In this document: one piece after another, positions 9,201 through 16,577 of the stretch
How positions within the stretch are numbered: position 1 is the first letter of the stretch
Layout of the letters: each line of letters begins with the position of its first letter
DNA from: a virus
Taxonomy: Duplodnaviria; Caudoviricetes
Length of the DNA: 25,452 nucleotides
Direction: 5' to 3' (one strand)
Virus record (IMG/VR): IMGVR_UViG_3300042334_002614
Location: 1 to 25,452 of that record
Made by a program: the position numbers and the translations under genes
Notes under the pieces: model-generated
The model's input: only the letters and a program-made list of their open reading frames with translations
What the model was told of the DNA's origin: nothing
Databases searched by the model: none

Positions 9201-10330
9201 TCTTTTACATTATGTTTATAACTATCACAAATATCGTAGTGTTCTTGTGTTATCTTATCAAATATCCCTATGTTTTTAACAAATCTTACAGCACTCTTCG
9301 AATGAGTAATTCTAAGTTTAAAAAATTTGTTTTTTTGCAATTTCATATTTTTTACTTCGTAAATATTGCATTTAATATCAAACTTTTTGAGTAAAGACTT
9401 AACTTGATGTAAGAACTCCTTACTTGGAGATGCTATTCCTAATTCTAACCTTTTACTGTTTTCGCCTTTTTTGTAAATACTAATCCATCCATCTCCAGCA
9501 AAAAGTCTATTTATTAAAATTGAAGTTGATTTTTTATTCCAGCTAAAAACTTCTTTAGGTAAAAGTTTAAATTCAGTTTTTTTATTTGCTATTTCTTTAG
9601 TTTCACACCACTCCATTATCGGATTCTTCAAGCTTGTCCCATGCTCTTGATGTGGGAAATAATCATAACCGTTAAATTTTATAGACTTTCTTATTGATAA
9701 TTCTGGGAATATATTATTTACTGATTCTTCAAATTCTGATAAATAATTAATATTATTATTTGTAAACTTGACTTGTTTATTTGTACTTCCATCCGTAATT
9801 AAGTATGCAAGTATCTTTATTTCGTCTTCATTGGCAATCACATCGCCAAATCCAAAATTAGCATCAATAATTTCATCACCTCTCTGAAGGTCTTTTGCTT
9901 TAATCCAACCTTTGTCTTTTACGTAAAATGGATGATTTTCTCCTGTCTCAAAATTTCTTGTATCTTGTAGTTTAAATTTTACACATTGCCTATCGCCACT
10001 GCACCAAGCGTCATAAACTGTATCAACCTCAACTTCACTAGAAGTTAAGTTGTAGGAGTAAACTTCATCTCCAATTTTAAAATCCTTAATCGCTTTTGGT
10101 CCGTTTGGCGTGTCTACATAAGTATCCTCAGGTAGACATTGCCTGGATTTAAGTATTATTGAGTTTTGGTTTTTATGGAAAATATCAACACATTGTTCTT
10201 GATACTCAAAACACTTCATCTTTTTAACACTTTTTGCTATAGCGTCAAAGACGTAACCATAATTGTTAAAAAAATATATAGGACTTCTTGCGCACTTTAT
10301 ACGCTCTTGCAATATTTGTTGTGTCGTCAT
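6206..10330 (-). CDS. terL: Terminase large subunit (T4 gp17-like) with two inteins; about 572 aa after splicing
   Basis: YQEQ adenine-binding motif, spliced Walker A region KSRQ|TGLS, GRGESLTMLVLDE (Walker B), spliced motif III IS|TPNG, nuclease IIGCDVARGDGKDYS and HDDLIFA. Confidence 0.95.
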   Translation of the reverse strand: MTTQQILQERIKCARSPIYFFNNYGYVFDAIAKSVKKMKCFEYQEQCVDIFHKNQNSIILKSRQCLPEDTYVDTPNGPKAIKDFKIGDEVYSYNLTSSEVEVDTVYDAWCSGDRQCVKFKLQDTRNFETGENHPFYVKDKGWIKAKDLQRGDEIIDANFGFGDVIANEDEIKILAYLITDGSTNKQVKFTNNNINYLSEFEESVNNIFPELSIRKSIKFNGYDYFPHQEHGTSLKNPIMEWCETKEIANKKTEFKLLPKEVFSWNKKSTSILINRLFAGDGWISIYKKGENSKRLELGIASPSKEFLHQVKSLLKKFDIKCNIYEVKNMKLQKNKFFKLRITHSKSAVRFVKNIGIFDKITQEHYDICDSYKHNVKDNPIIKKIEKTVIKNCYDISVSKNENFFIDGLLTHNTGLSVITAGYVAWKLMFRYDEKILIIANDGAGAKRFLATVKQFVEHTPSWLQPESVVTNNQTKLEFSNKSWVEAKASSPNAGRGESLTMLVLDETAFIKDAEAIWMAAGMALSATKGKCIMISCVPKGTMVFTDKGIKEIGSFVNQEKEGGYEIEEYSVLGKDSLRNGSLFFNNGFHKTKKLKSTNAEIEGTLTHKLWACKDGIYDWYKTEELSEKDFISIQYGMEVWGNNDSVKDFTPIIHNRQSNILDAKIITKEIAYLIGLYISEGSVYKKYNKKNEFIGGSVTITCGDDISKAISDVGLTYSSHDNLHYSIGSKTFIEFLEYIGFDLSKKAKEKEIPSRLFEMSRENIIYMLRGIFDGDGYSRKDKGYVGIGMNSKKLINQIRMLLLNFGILTDYYEVWTKETKKVSVKTLNYRISANAEFSKVFYNKIGFGFDRKQKNNLVLEKYNLNRSIPDDIVPFSLDIVKEMIRQSGFNTSFFKNKSIYVNGIINSKTRHKSNHISRKLFLRLYDLCKDNLSDDLKLQISKILSPNLKWNKIKEIEYLENDTYDFSLPHREDDFWCHSVIYNGVLGHQTPNGTGNLYHKTWVGTTNKKNDFVPLTVHWTQNPQSSVGLQMNRNINGEEFPWSPWYEEQCRRMSYDSVKIAQELDLSFEGSKYLVIEQQLIDKYEKRVRNQKPNFYIKYDFTFKGTPEAGNFILDETAFQVWKRPEEGRQYIIGCDVARGDGKDYSTIQVLDAETLEQVAEYRDKVGVDLFPYLIDWVGRIYNTAYLVVECNSFGLHVALTLRDQLQYKKMFFSKNVQDIHVRPYDYKVNEGTEIPGFQTTMKTRPLIVASVIQHMRENSLILHSPRLTAEFSTFVMVNNKPQHEPGFHDDLIFALGLALYVRDNEYNNVIATDGLYKSMLGAISFNSNNMVGKVDYNKSSGKDIVIPEGGSGLFLGSSFTESDDEDLDWLLKP
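7364..8725 (-). mobile_element. Terminase intein 2 (454 aa, LAGLIDADG), ending in His-Gln
   Basis: CIMIS|CVPKGTMV ... GTLTHKLW ... LIGLYISEGS, MLRGIFDGDGYS ... TYDFSL-HSVIYNGVLGHQ|TPNG. Confidence 0.92.
9095..10138 (-). mobile_element. Terminase intein 1 (348 aa, LAGLIDADG) in the Walker A region
   Basis: KSRQ|CLPEDTYV ... TGENHPFY ... ILAYLITDGS, LINRLFAGDGWI ... CYDISV-NENFFIDGLLTHN|TGLS. Confidence 0.93.
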
Positions 10331-10377
10331 TAATTATAGACTTTCTTTGTAAATAGCTTATAATTATTTATTTTCAA

Positions 10378-10680
10378 CTAAAGACCTATATATATATTTG
10401 AATCTATTGTTGGTTTTATGTCTACTATGTTAGATATAAAAATAACATTCGTTAAACTGTTTTTAGCATATAATTGATATTGTCCATATGAATCTCCAGA
10501 CCAAGAAAATGTAAAAATACCTCTAGAAGCGTCAGTTAAATAATAACTAGGAGTATTTCCAGAATATGGTTCATTATTAAAAAACAATACAACATCAAAA
10601 GTTGAGGCAGTTATAGGGTAATTATCTACATCTAAAGATAACACTTGCTCATAAACTATTTCACCTATCTCTATATTCAT
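10378..10680 (-). CDS. Hypothetical protein, possibly Ig-like virion protein
   Basis: 100-aa beta-rich ORF (GIFTFSW-GQYQLYA) in operon context, with TATTTATA just upstream. Confidence 0.6.
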   Translation of the reverse strand: MNIEIGEIVYEQVLSLDVDNYPITASTFDVVLFFNNEPYSGNTPSYYLTDASRGIFTFSWSGDSYGQYQLYAKNSLTNVIFISNIVDIKPTIDSNIYIGL

Positions 10681-10739
10681 AAATATAAATATTCTCTAAT
10701 TATTTATTAATATTGTTTTTATTAAATATTTACAATTTC

Positions 10740-11069
10740 CTATTTCAACTCCCAATCACCAGGAAGTTGATAAAAATGTCTGTATGCACCTTTTTCTTCA
10801 TCATTCATTTCTTCCCAAGATAATGGATAAAAATGAAAGTAAACAATTGATACTAATATAAATAAACACCCCAAAAGAAATGGTAAAAATGCATATTTAC
10901 TAAAACCTAACAATGTTAAAGCGACTGTTATAGCAAAAGTTATAAAAACAATTACAGCTGATGGTTGTAATTTATTTTTTTTACTATAACTTCTAAATAA
11001 ATTAACCCAACTTCTTCTAAATTTTTTCATTTTTGGGCTATAAGATTTTTTTAATTTTTCCATACTCAT
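10740..11069 (-). CDS. Hypothetical membrane protein with two predicted TM helices
   Basis: Basic N-terminus followed by two hydrophobic stretches, AVIVFITFAITVALTLLGF and YAFLPFLLGCLFILVSIVYF. Confidence 0.65.
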   Translation of the reverse strand: MSMEKLKKSYSPKMKKFRRSWVNLFRSYSKKNKLQPSAVIVFITFAITVALTLLGFSKYAFLPFLLGCLFILVSIVYFHFYPLSWEEMNDEEKGAYRHFYQLPGDWELK

Positions 11070-11071
11070 AA

Positions 11072-11350
11072 TTATTGATTTTTATTTCTTGTTACAAACA
11101 CAAAACTACCATCATAACAATATTCATTATTTACCCAATTATCAACCAAACAATACATAAATGGCTCTGGGTTTGGAAGCATTATGTTTGAATATTTTTG
11201 TTCTGGTATATTTTCCAACAAGACACCGTTTTGATTATACCAACGATCCCAATTCCTATTAACTGTGAATGCGCATGGGTATTGAAATGTGCTCATAAAA
11301 TTTAAACCTTCCGTAATACTATTGAATGACATTAAAATTATTTGTTTCAT
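11072..11350 (-). CDS. Hypothetical protein
   Basis: 92-aa ORF tightly packed between neighbours (2-nt and 4-nt gaps). Confidence 0.6.
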   Translation of the reverse strand: MKQIILMSFNSITEGLNFMSTFQYPCAFTVNRNWDRWYNQNGVLLENIPEQKYSNIMLPNPEPFMYCLVDNWVNNEYCYDGSFVFVTRNKNQ

Positions 11351-11354
11351 ATTC

Positions 11355-11933
11355 TTATTTTTTTGTTATCCTTTCTATCCAAACAGAGTTTAAATAACTC
11401 TCACCAGTATTAAAAACTATAACTCTATAAGCTGGATATGTTTCATCATTTTCGGCAGTTATAAAAACTTCTATTCTATTTCCAGCAGCGACTCCAGCTG
11501 CCCACAAATCATAATCAACACCAGTTGATACTATAGCAGTGCTTTGAACTCCCCCTCCATATAAATACGCCGATGCTCTCATGTCACCACTACCACCAGG
11601 AGCTACTTTCATTTGAAATTCTAAATCATTACCAGTCTCATCCCAGTTAAACAACACATTATCATCTTCAAATATAGGCCTTGTATCTACGGAGTTTGAT
11701 ATTTGATAATAAAAGTTATCAACTACAGCGTTACCGCTATTTATATTTGTTATATTAACAGAATTCCCATCATTTCTCTGTAATGTAAGAGTTCCTCCAG
11801 TAGATAAAGTACCTCCTGTAACATAATAATTAGGGTCGACAGGTAAATTATAATAAGTTGTTGCTGATACTGATGTCACACCAGTTAAGTCACCTTTTAT
11901 TCTAAAACCTTCAATATTTTGTTCAAATGCCAT
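11355..11933 (-). CDS. Putative short fibre/structural protein
   Basis: Shares the SATTYYNLPxDPNYYxTGGT...RNDGN module with 16578..19070 and part of it with 14039..14878. Confidence 0.65.
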   Translation of the reverse strand: MAFEQNIEGFRIKGDLTGVTSVSATTYYNLPVDPNYYVTGGTLSTGGTLTLQRNDGNSVNITNINSGNAVVDNFYYQISNSVDTRPIFEDDNVLFNWDETGNDLEFQMKVAPGGSGDMRASAYLYGGGVQSTAIVSTGVDYDLWAAGVAAGNRIEVFITAENDETYPAYRVIVFNTGESYLNSVWIERITKK

Positions 11934-11961
11934 ATTATTTTATTTTATTTGTAATATTTTA

Positions 11962-13617
11962 TTAAGGATTAAACGATGTAAATAACGAACCTACAGTATC
12001 AACTGTTGCTACATTTTTTAACCTTACAGCCATAGGATTTGTTGATCCAGTTATAGCGTTTAAAAAATCTTCAGCGGTTAATTCAGCTGTACCAACGGTA
12101 TTATCAACTGGCACACCCATTCTTACATTTGAAGCTGTGGGTACAATCAAAGAACCAGTTAAGGTTGCACCAGTAGGACCAAAACTAATACCGTTTCTAA
12201 CATCAGTTGTTAATGGTAAACCTAAAGTACTACCAGTTATATTAGATGAATATAAATTAAAATCAACATTAGCAGAATCTTGAAATAACCATTGAACCGT
12301 TGAACCAGAATAAAATGCCATTTTATAAGCATTAACAGCAACAGCACCATCATAATTAATAAATGGTGACGTGAATTTAGAAATGTTAGTACTAGTAGAT
12401 AGAACAGCTGGTCTAGCGTTAGCATTTAAAATTTGAACAGTTCCTGTATGGTTTAAAATACCAGCCGTTTTAAAGATAGCAAACCCTAATTGTGTTACAA
12501 TATTACCAGTAACATTAAGTATACCGTTTGCCGAACTCATCTGAATAGCTCTATTAGCAGTGTTACTTGTAGCTCCATATACATTACCAGTTACATTAAC
12601 TGTAGGTGATGTACCTATAATATTTACAGAGATATTAGTATTACCATCTGCAGTTGTAGGGCCGTATATATTACCTATGATATTAACAATGGTATTTCCA
12701 CCTATATAAAAATTACCTTGTCTGGAATATCCACCTATATTTGGCGAATAAACATCTCCAGTATAATTTAATGTACAAGTACCATATGTTCGTAACGCAG
12801 TTGTATCTTGGTTGACTGATGTTATTTGATTAGGGCCTAAAATATAACCACCGTTTATTGATGATAAATTTACTATATCAGGCGAGTTAGAATTAATAGC
12901 TAACACAATACTAGAACCAACAGCGGCGCTTTGTACAGCAATGCCATCACCACCGTTAAATACTATATCTCTAGATGTATTTACATCAAATTTACCAGTA
13001 GCTGTTGTACCATAAACAGTGCCAACACTCTCAGTCATTTCTAAATTATATAAATATGATAATGTACCTAATTTTACAGCTGTAATTCTTAACCTATAAT
13101 AAGTATAAGACGTTGTGTTGGCTAAAATTCCACTTGTGTATGGAGTATAAGCTACGTTTGCTGTTACTGTTTCTAATGCAGTATATGTTATGTCATCATT
13201 AGAGCCTTCAAAAACCCAAGATTGAGGACTTTGATTAGTATTACTTCTGAAAAAATAATATCTTTTTATAATCTTACCAGTAGGAAACATATAGCCAACA
13301 TAATTATCAATTAAACTATTACCTGAAGACCAAAACGTGGATTGATTATAATCAAATACCACATAAGCATTAGATGTATTTTGACCTGCAAACGCTTCTC
13401 CTTCTGGTAGAAGATTACCTGTCATTAACGGAATAGGCATGTCAGGTAAATAAACATTAGGCGTTGTATTTCTCAAACTACTTATTGTTATATTCTGATC
13501 TACTGTAACCGTAAAACTATTAGCATAAACATTATCACCACTTAAAGGTAATGCGGTATTATCCCAAATAGCTGTGTTACTCCAATTTCCGTTAGCTATT
13601 GCGAATCTAGTAGCCAT
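11962..13617 (-). CDS. Putative virion adhesin with F5/8 type C (discoidin)-like domain and beta-helix-like region
   Basis: VFDYNQSTFWSS...VGYMF...SPQSWVFEGSND...YTYYRLRIT is a discoidin-like pattern. Repeated (V/I)N(V/I)xGN(V/I)YG rungs follow, then C-terminal PxxxxVRxGV/I repeats. Confidence 0.65.
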   Translation of the reverse strand: MATRFAIANGNWSNTAIWDNTALPLSGDNVYANSFTVTVDQNITISSLRNTTPNVYLPDMPIPLMTGNLLPEGEAFAGQNTSNAYVVFDYNQSTFWSSGNSLIDNYVGYMFPTGKIIKRYYFFRSNTNQSPQSWVFEGSNDDITYTALETVTANVAYTPYTSGILANTTSYTYYRLRITAVKLGTLSYLYNLEMTESVGTVYGTTATGKFDVNTSRDIVFNGGDGIAVQSAAVGSSIVLAINSNSPDIVNLSSINGGYILGPNQITSVNQDTTALRTYGTCTLNYTGDVYSPNIGGYSRQGNFYIGGNTIVNIIGNIYGPTTADGNTNISVNIIGTSPTVNVTGNVYGATSNTANRAIQMSSANGILNVTGNIVTQLGFAIFKTAGILNHTGTVQILNANARPAVLSTSTNISKFTSPFINYDGAVAVNAYKMAFYSGSTVQWLFQDSANVDFNLYSSNITGSTLGLPLTTDVRNGISFGPTGATLTGSLIVPTASNVRMGVPVDNTVGTAELTAEDFLNAITGSTNPMAVRLKNVATVDTVGSLFTSFNP

Positions 13618-13619
13618 AT

Positions 13620-13793
13620 TTATTGATTTTGAATTGAATTATTTTGAATAGTTATACATTCAGATAAACTTTTATTGGTATGAATTTCGCTAACTTCATT
13701 AACTGGTAAACCATCAACGATATCAAATTTTTTAATAACGATTGCATATAAATCATTACCAGTGTGATTAATTACTATACTGTATTTTTTCAT
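13620..13793 (-). CDS. Small hypothetical protein (57 aa), not in ORF track
   Basis: Hand translation MKKYSIVNNHTGNDLYAIVIKKFDIVDGLPVNEVSEIHTNKSLSECITIQNNSIQNQ*. It fills the gap between neighbours (2 nt and 13 nt spacing). Confidence 0.6.
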   Translation of the reverse strand: MKKYSIVINHTGNDLYAIVIKKFDIVDGLPVNEVSEIHTNKSLSECITIQNNSIQNQ

Positions 13794-13806
13794 ATTATAT
13801 TATTTT

Positions 13807-14037
13807 TTATACATAAATTTCACTATATCTATTATCCCAACTAACATTGGTAGCTGTTTGTTCTGTCGTAGTACCATCTAAATTCTCTTCAATTCTAGTT
13901 ATATCCCAAACTGGGTCGCTATCCAATGAATTATATGGCGCTAAACCACAATAATAATACGGTTCTACATAATCATATCTTCTATCATATTGATTATAAT
14001 GACTAACTTTAATTATTTTACCGTTATGCAAAATCAT
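13807..14037 (-). CDS. Small hypothetical phage protein
   Basis: 76 aa with the pattern YxGxA...VWxIxRI...WDNR; 1-nt gap to the upstream gene. Confidence 0.65.
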   Translation of the reverse strand: MILHNGKIIKVSHYNQYDRRYDYVEPYYYCGLAPYNSLDSDPVWDITRIEENLDGTTTEQTATNVSWDNRYSEIYV

Positions 14038-14038
14038 A

Positions 14039-14878
14039 TTATCCTCTAATTAATCTAATCCAAACATTGTCTTGAATAGCCGTGTACCAATAATTGTCAT
14101 TATAATGGCTCTGACCTAAAGACGTACCGCTAATTGAACTTCCTGTATAAACCCCATATTGATTCCAATTATTAGCATCATCTAATAAAGTGGCAGCTGT
14201 TGATCCTGTGTTGACATAAGCTTCCACTGTTAGTATCTCTGAAACAGTGCCTCCAGAAGTTGTAGAACCTAACAAAGCTGGCTGTGAAACCGTTTGCATT
14301 TTATCATAAGTAACTACATTTGGTTGTATTGTTGTTAACCCACTATAATTTAAACTTATATCACCAATTACATCTCTAGCTTGGGTATTATCTGAAGTAT
14401 TACCAATAAATATTTGTGCTTCATTAAGAGATGGGATAGTCGATGCACTGAAGGTTATTTTTTTATTAATATCATCACTAATAACATCAATATTTACACC
14501 GCTAAAACTTATTGTGTATGCTGACATAACGTCATTTCTGTTAAAAAAAACAGAACCATCAGAAACAGTAACGCCTGTTGTTCTTATATCAATAGGCAAA
14601 TTATAATAAGTTGTTGCTGAAACACCTTCAGCAATTATCTGACCGCTGATTTTTGTATTTCCACTTACTTCTAGCTTTTCTGTCGGTGTAGTTGTTCCAA
14701 TACCAACGTTACCATCATTATAATAAATACTTGTTCCTGAGCTAATCCAGTTAGTAGACCCACTTAAACCAGTTAAGTTTGATCCATCCCCATAGTAGGT
14801 TACTGCGCTTAAAGCACCTTGAACTTCACTATCAGTTTTGGATATAAACCCATTTTTAATTACAAATTCGTTTCCCAT
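14039..14878 (-). CDS. Putative tail fibre-like structural protein
   Basis: YYGDGSNLTG, IYYNDGNVGIGTTTPTEKLEVSGN and SATTYYNLP fibre-type motifs. Confidence 0.7.
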   Translation of the reverse strand: MGNEFVIKNGFISKTDSEVQGALSAVTYYGDGSNLTGLSGSTNWISSGTSIYYNDGNVGIGTTTPTEKLEVSGNTKISGQIIAEGVSATTYYNLPIDIRTTGVTVSDGSVFFNRNDVMSAYTISFSGVNIDVISDDINKKITFSASTIPSLNEAQIFIGNTSDNTQARDVIGDISLNYSGLTTIQPNVVTYDKMQTVSQPALLGSTTSGGTVSEILTVEAYVNTGSTAATLLDDANNWNQYGVYTGSSISGTSLGQSHYNDNYWYTAIQDNVWIRLIRG

Positions 14879-14886
14879 GTTTTTAA

Positions 14887-14910
14887 AATTTCTTTCCCTA
14901 TCCAGAAATT
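14887..14910 (-). promoter_or_regulatory. Leader hairpin AATTTCT-GGATAGGGAA-AGAAATT
   Basis: 7-bp stem with a 10-nt purine-rich loop, ending 8 nt before the ATG at 14878. Confidence 0.4.
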
Positions 14911-14934
14911 ATTACCACTACTAGTAAATATGTA

Positions 14935-15192
14935 TTAAATTTCTTCTATCGAAGTCCAATACTCTGTTTTTAAAATTATTTTAATTTCATCATAAGTATA
15001 AGGTCCTTCTTTTGTTATTAAGTTATTTACAGACATCGGAATATCTATACCTTCCCACTTAACAAACGTCTTTAATTCATCTACAGATTTTCTTACTGTA
15101 TCTTTAGAGTTTTCTAATACTTCATCAAAATCAACTGTATCTAACTCTGATACATTAAATATCATAAAACGTCTTTGTTCGTAATTTTCCAT
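14935..15192 (-). CDS. Small acidic hypothetical phage protein
   Basis: 85-aa ORF (VDFDEVLE-TVRKSVD-KTFVKW-GPYTYDEI) in the fibre/LamG cluster. Confidence 0.7.
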   Translation of the reverse strand: MENYEQRRFMIFNVSELDTVDFDEVLENSKDTVRKSVDELKTFVKWEGIDIPMSVNNLITKEGPYTYDEIKIILKTEYWTSIEEI

Positions 15193-15233
15193 AATTTATA
15201 TATTTCTATAATACAGGTATTGATTTTTTAAGC

Positions 15234-15848
15234 TTATTTAGTTAGCCATTTGTAATATTTTTTCGTAAGCTCTGTTCTATGCTCTAAACCATTAAATCCG
15301 CCGTTAATTTTTTTAGTCAACGACTTAATAACTTCATCACCAACTCCTTTATCACATATAGACCATAATTTATTTTTATCAAAGAAAAATAAAGCTGATT
15401 CAAAAGCAAATTCGCTCGATACTAAATCAGGATTTTTTAAAACCTCTGGATTATTTAAATAATCAGAAAAAGATTTGTAATTACTTTTACCAGTTAACTG
15501 AAGTGCTCCACGACCTCTATATTTCCACCCATCTCCTGATTGTTCATTTCCATTTCCCATTCTATTTGCATAAACTCTATTAGCAATTTTTTCAGGCTTT
15601 CTTGCGTATTGTTCTTCTAAGTTGCCTGGAAAATATTTTTCGAAAATTGACTGTAAACCTTTTGCTGAATAATTCAAATTCTCAACAAATAACTTAAATT
15701 CACCAGTTTCGTGAGATGTTTGTGCGAAGAAATGCGACGCTCTCTCAGGTGTCATTTTAAAAAACTCCATAGCCTTCTTTAGAGTGCCTGGCCCAAATGC
15801 ACCATCAGGTGTTGACCCTATTTTTTCTTGTAATTTTTTTATACTCAT
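15234..15848 (-). CDS. Glycoside hydrolase family 19 lysin (endolysin-like) with short N-terminal peptidoglycan-binding-like motif
   Basis: FFAQTSHETG, ENLNYS, IANRVYANRMGNG, YRGRGALQLTGKSNY, INGGFNGLEHR; N-terminal LQEKIG-DGAFGPGT. Confidence 0.9.
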   Translation of the reverse strand: MSIKKLQEKIGSTPDGAFGPGTLKKAMEFFKMTPERASHFFAQTSHETGEFKLFVENLNYSAKGLQSIFEKYFPGNLEEQYARKPEKIANRVYANRMGNGNEQSGDGWKYRGRGALQLTGKSNYKSFSDYLNNPEVLKNPDLVSSEFAFESALFFFDKNKLWSICDKGVGDEVIKSLTKKINGGFNGLEHRTELTKKYYKWLTK

Positions 15849-15859
15849 GATATTTATTT

Positions 15860-16576
15860 TTATAATCCAAATCTTGTTTTTGTTGCATTAAAATTTTGCC
15901 TAACCTCGTCAGAACTTAATATTCTGTTATAAACTTTTAAACTTGGTATTTTACCTTCAAATGGGAATGGTGAAACATCTGTCCATTTACTTAATCGTAA
16001 ATATTGAGGTGTTGAATATACAGAATCTACAGTACCTGGCAATGTTAACACATTATCTAATTCACCGTTTATATACATTTTAGCTTCAGCATCTCCAGTT
16101 GTTGTGTTTGTTTCAATCGTACAACACACATTATACCAAACATTATCCAAATAAGTATCCTGTGAATAAAGAAGACGTTGGGTTGCAACACTACTTAAAA
16201 CCGTGTAAAAAGATACTAAAAACTTATCGGCATTAACACCAGCTAAATCCCCTCTAAAAGATAAATAGGGTTGGAACATTGACCAAACCATATGATTAGA
16301 AGCAACATCACCTGTTCTCATAAACCAAACATCGAAACTCATAGTTTCTGTTCTTGTGTATGCTTCAGTAGTTTGAGTAAAATCATCCAAACCATCAAAC
16401 ACTAAAGTACCTAAATTATCTGACGAATATAGAACCCCATTATTGAGAGTCATATTTTGCGAACCAACCAAATCATACGCAGTGGTGTTACCGCTTTGAT
16501 AACTTTTAAAATTAGATGAATCTATATAAAAATCTATACCATCTGTTACTATTTTTGGTGAATATGTTGTTGCCAT
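15860..16576 (-). CDS. LamG / concanavalin A-like lectin domain protein
   Basis: PKIVTDG, FDGLDDF, WYNVCCT, MYINGEL, FEGKIPSLKVYNRILSSDEVRQNFNA. Confidence 0.85.
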   Translation of the reverse strand: MATTYSPKIVTDGIDFYIDSSNFKSYQSGNTTAYDLVGSQNMTLNNGVLYSSDNLGTLVFDGLDDFTQTTEAYTRTETMSFDVWFMRTGDVASNHMVWSMFQPYLSFRGDLAGVNADKFLVSFYTVLSSVATQRLLYSQDTYLDNVWYNVCCTIETNTTTGDAEAKMYINGELDNVLTLPGTVDSVYSTPQYLRLSKWTDVSPFPFEGKIPSLKVYNRILSSDEVRQNFNATKTRFGL

Positions 16577-16577
16577 A

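Noticed and set aside
918-9394. Short + strand ORFs 918..1112, 3106..3291, 4768..4953 and 9212..9394
   Set aside because: All lie antisense within well-supported dnaE, portal or terminase genes and have no recognisable motifs.
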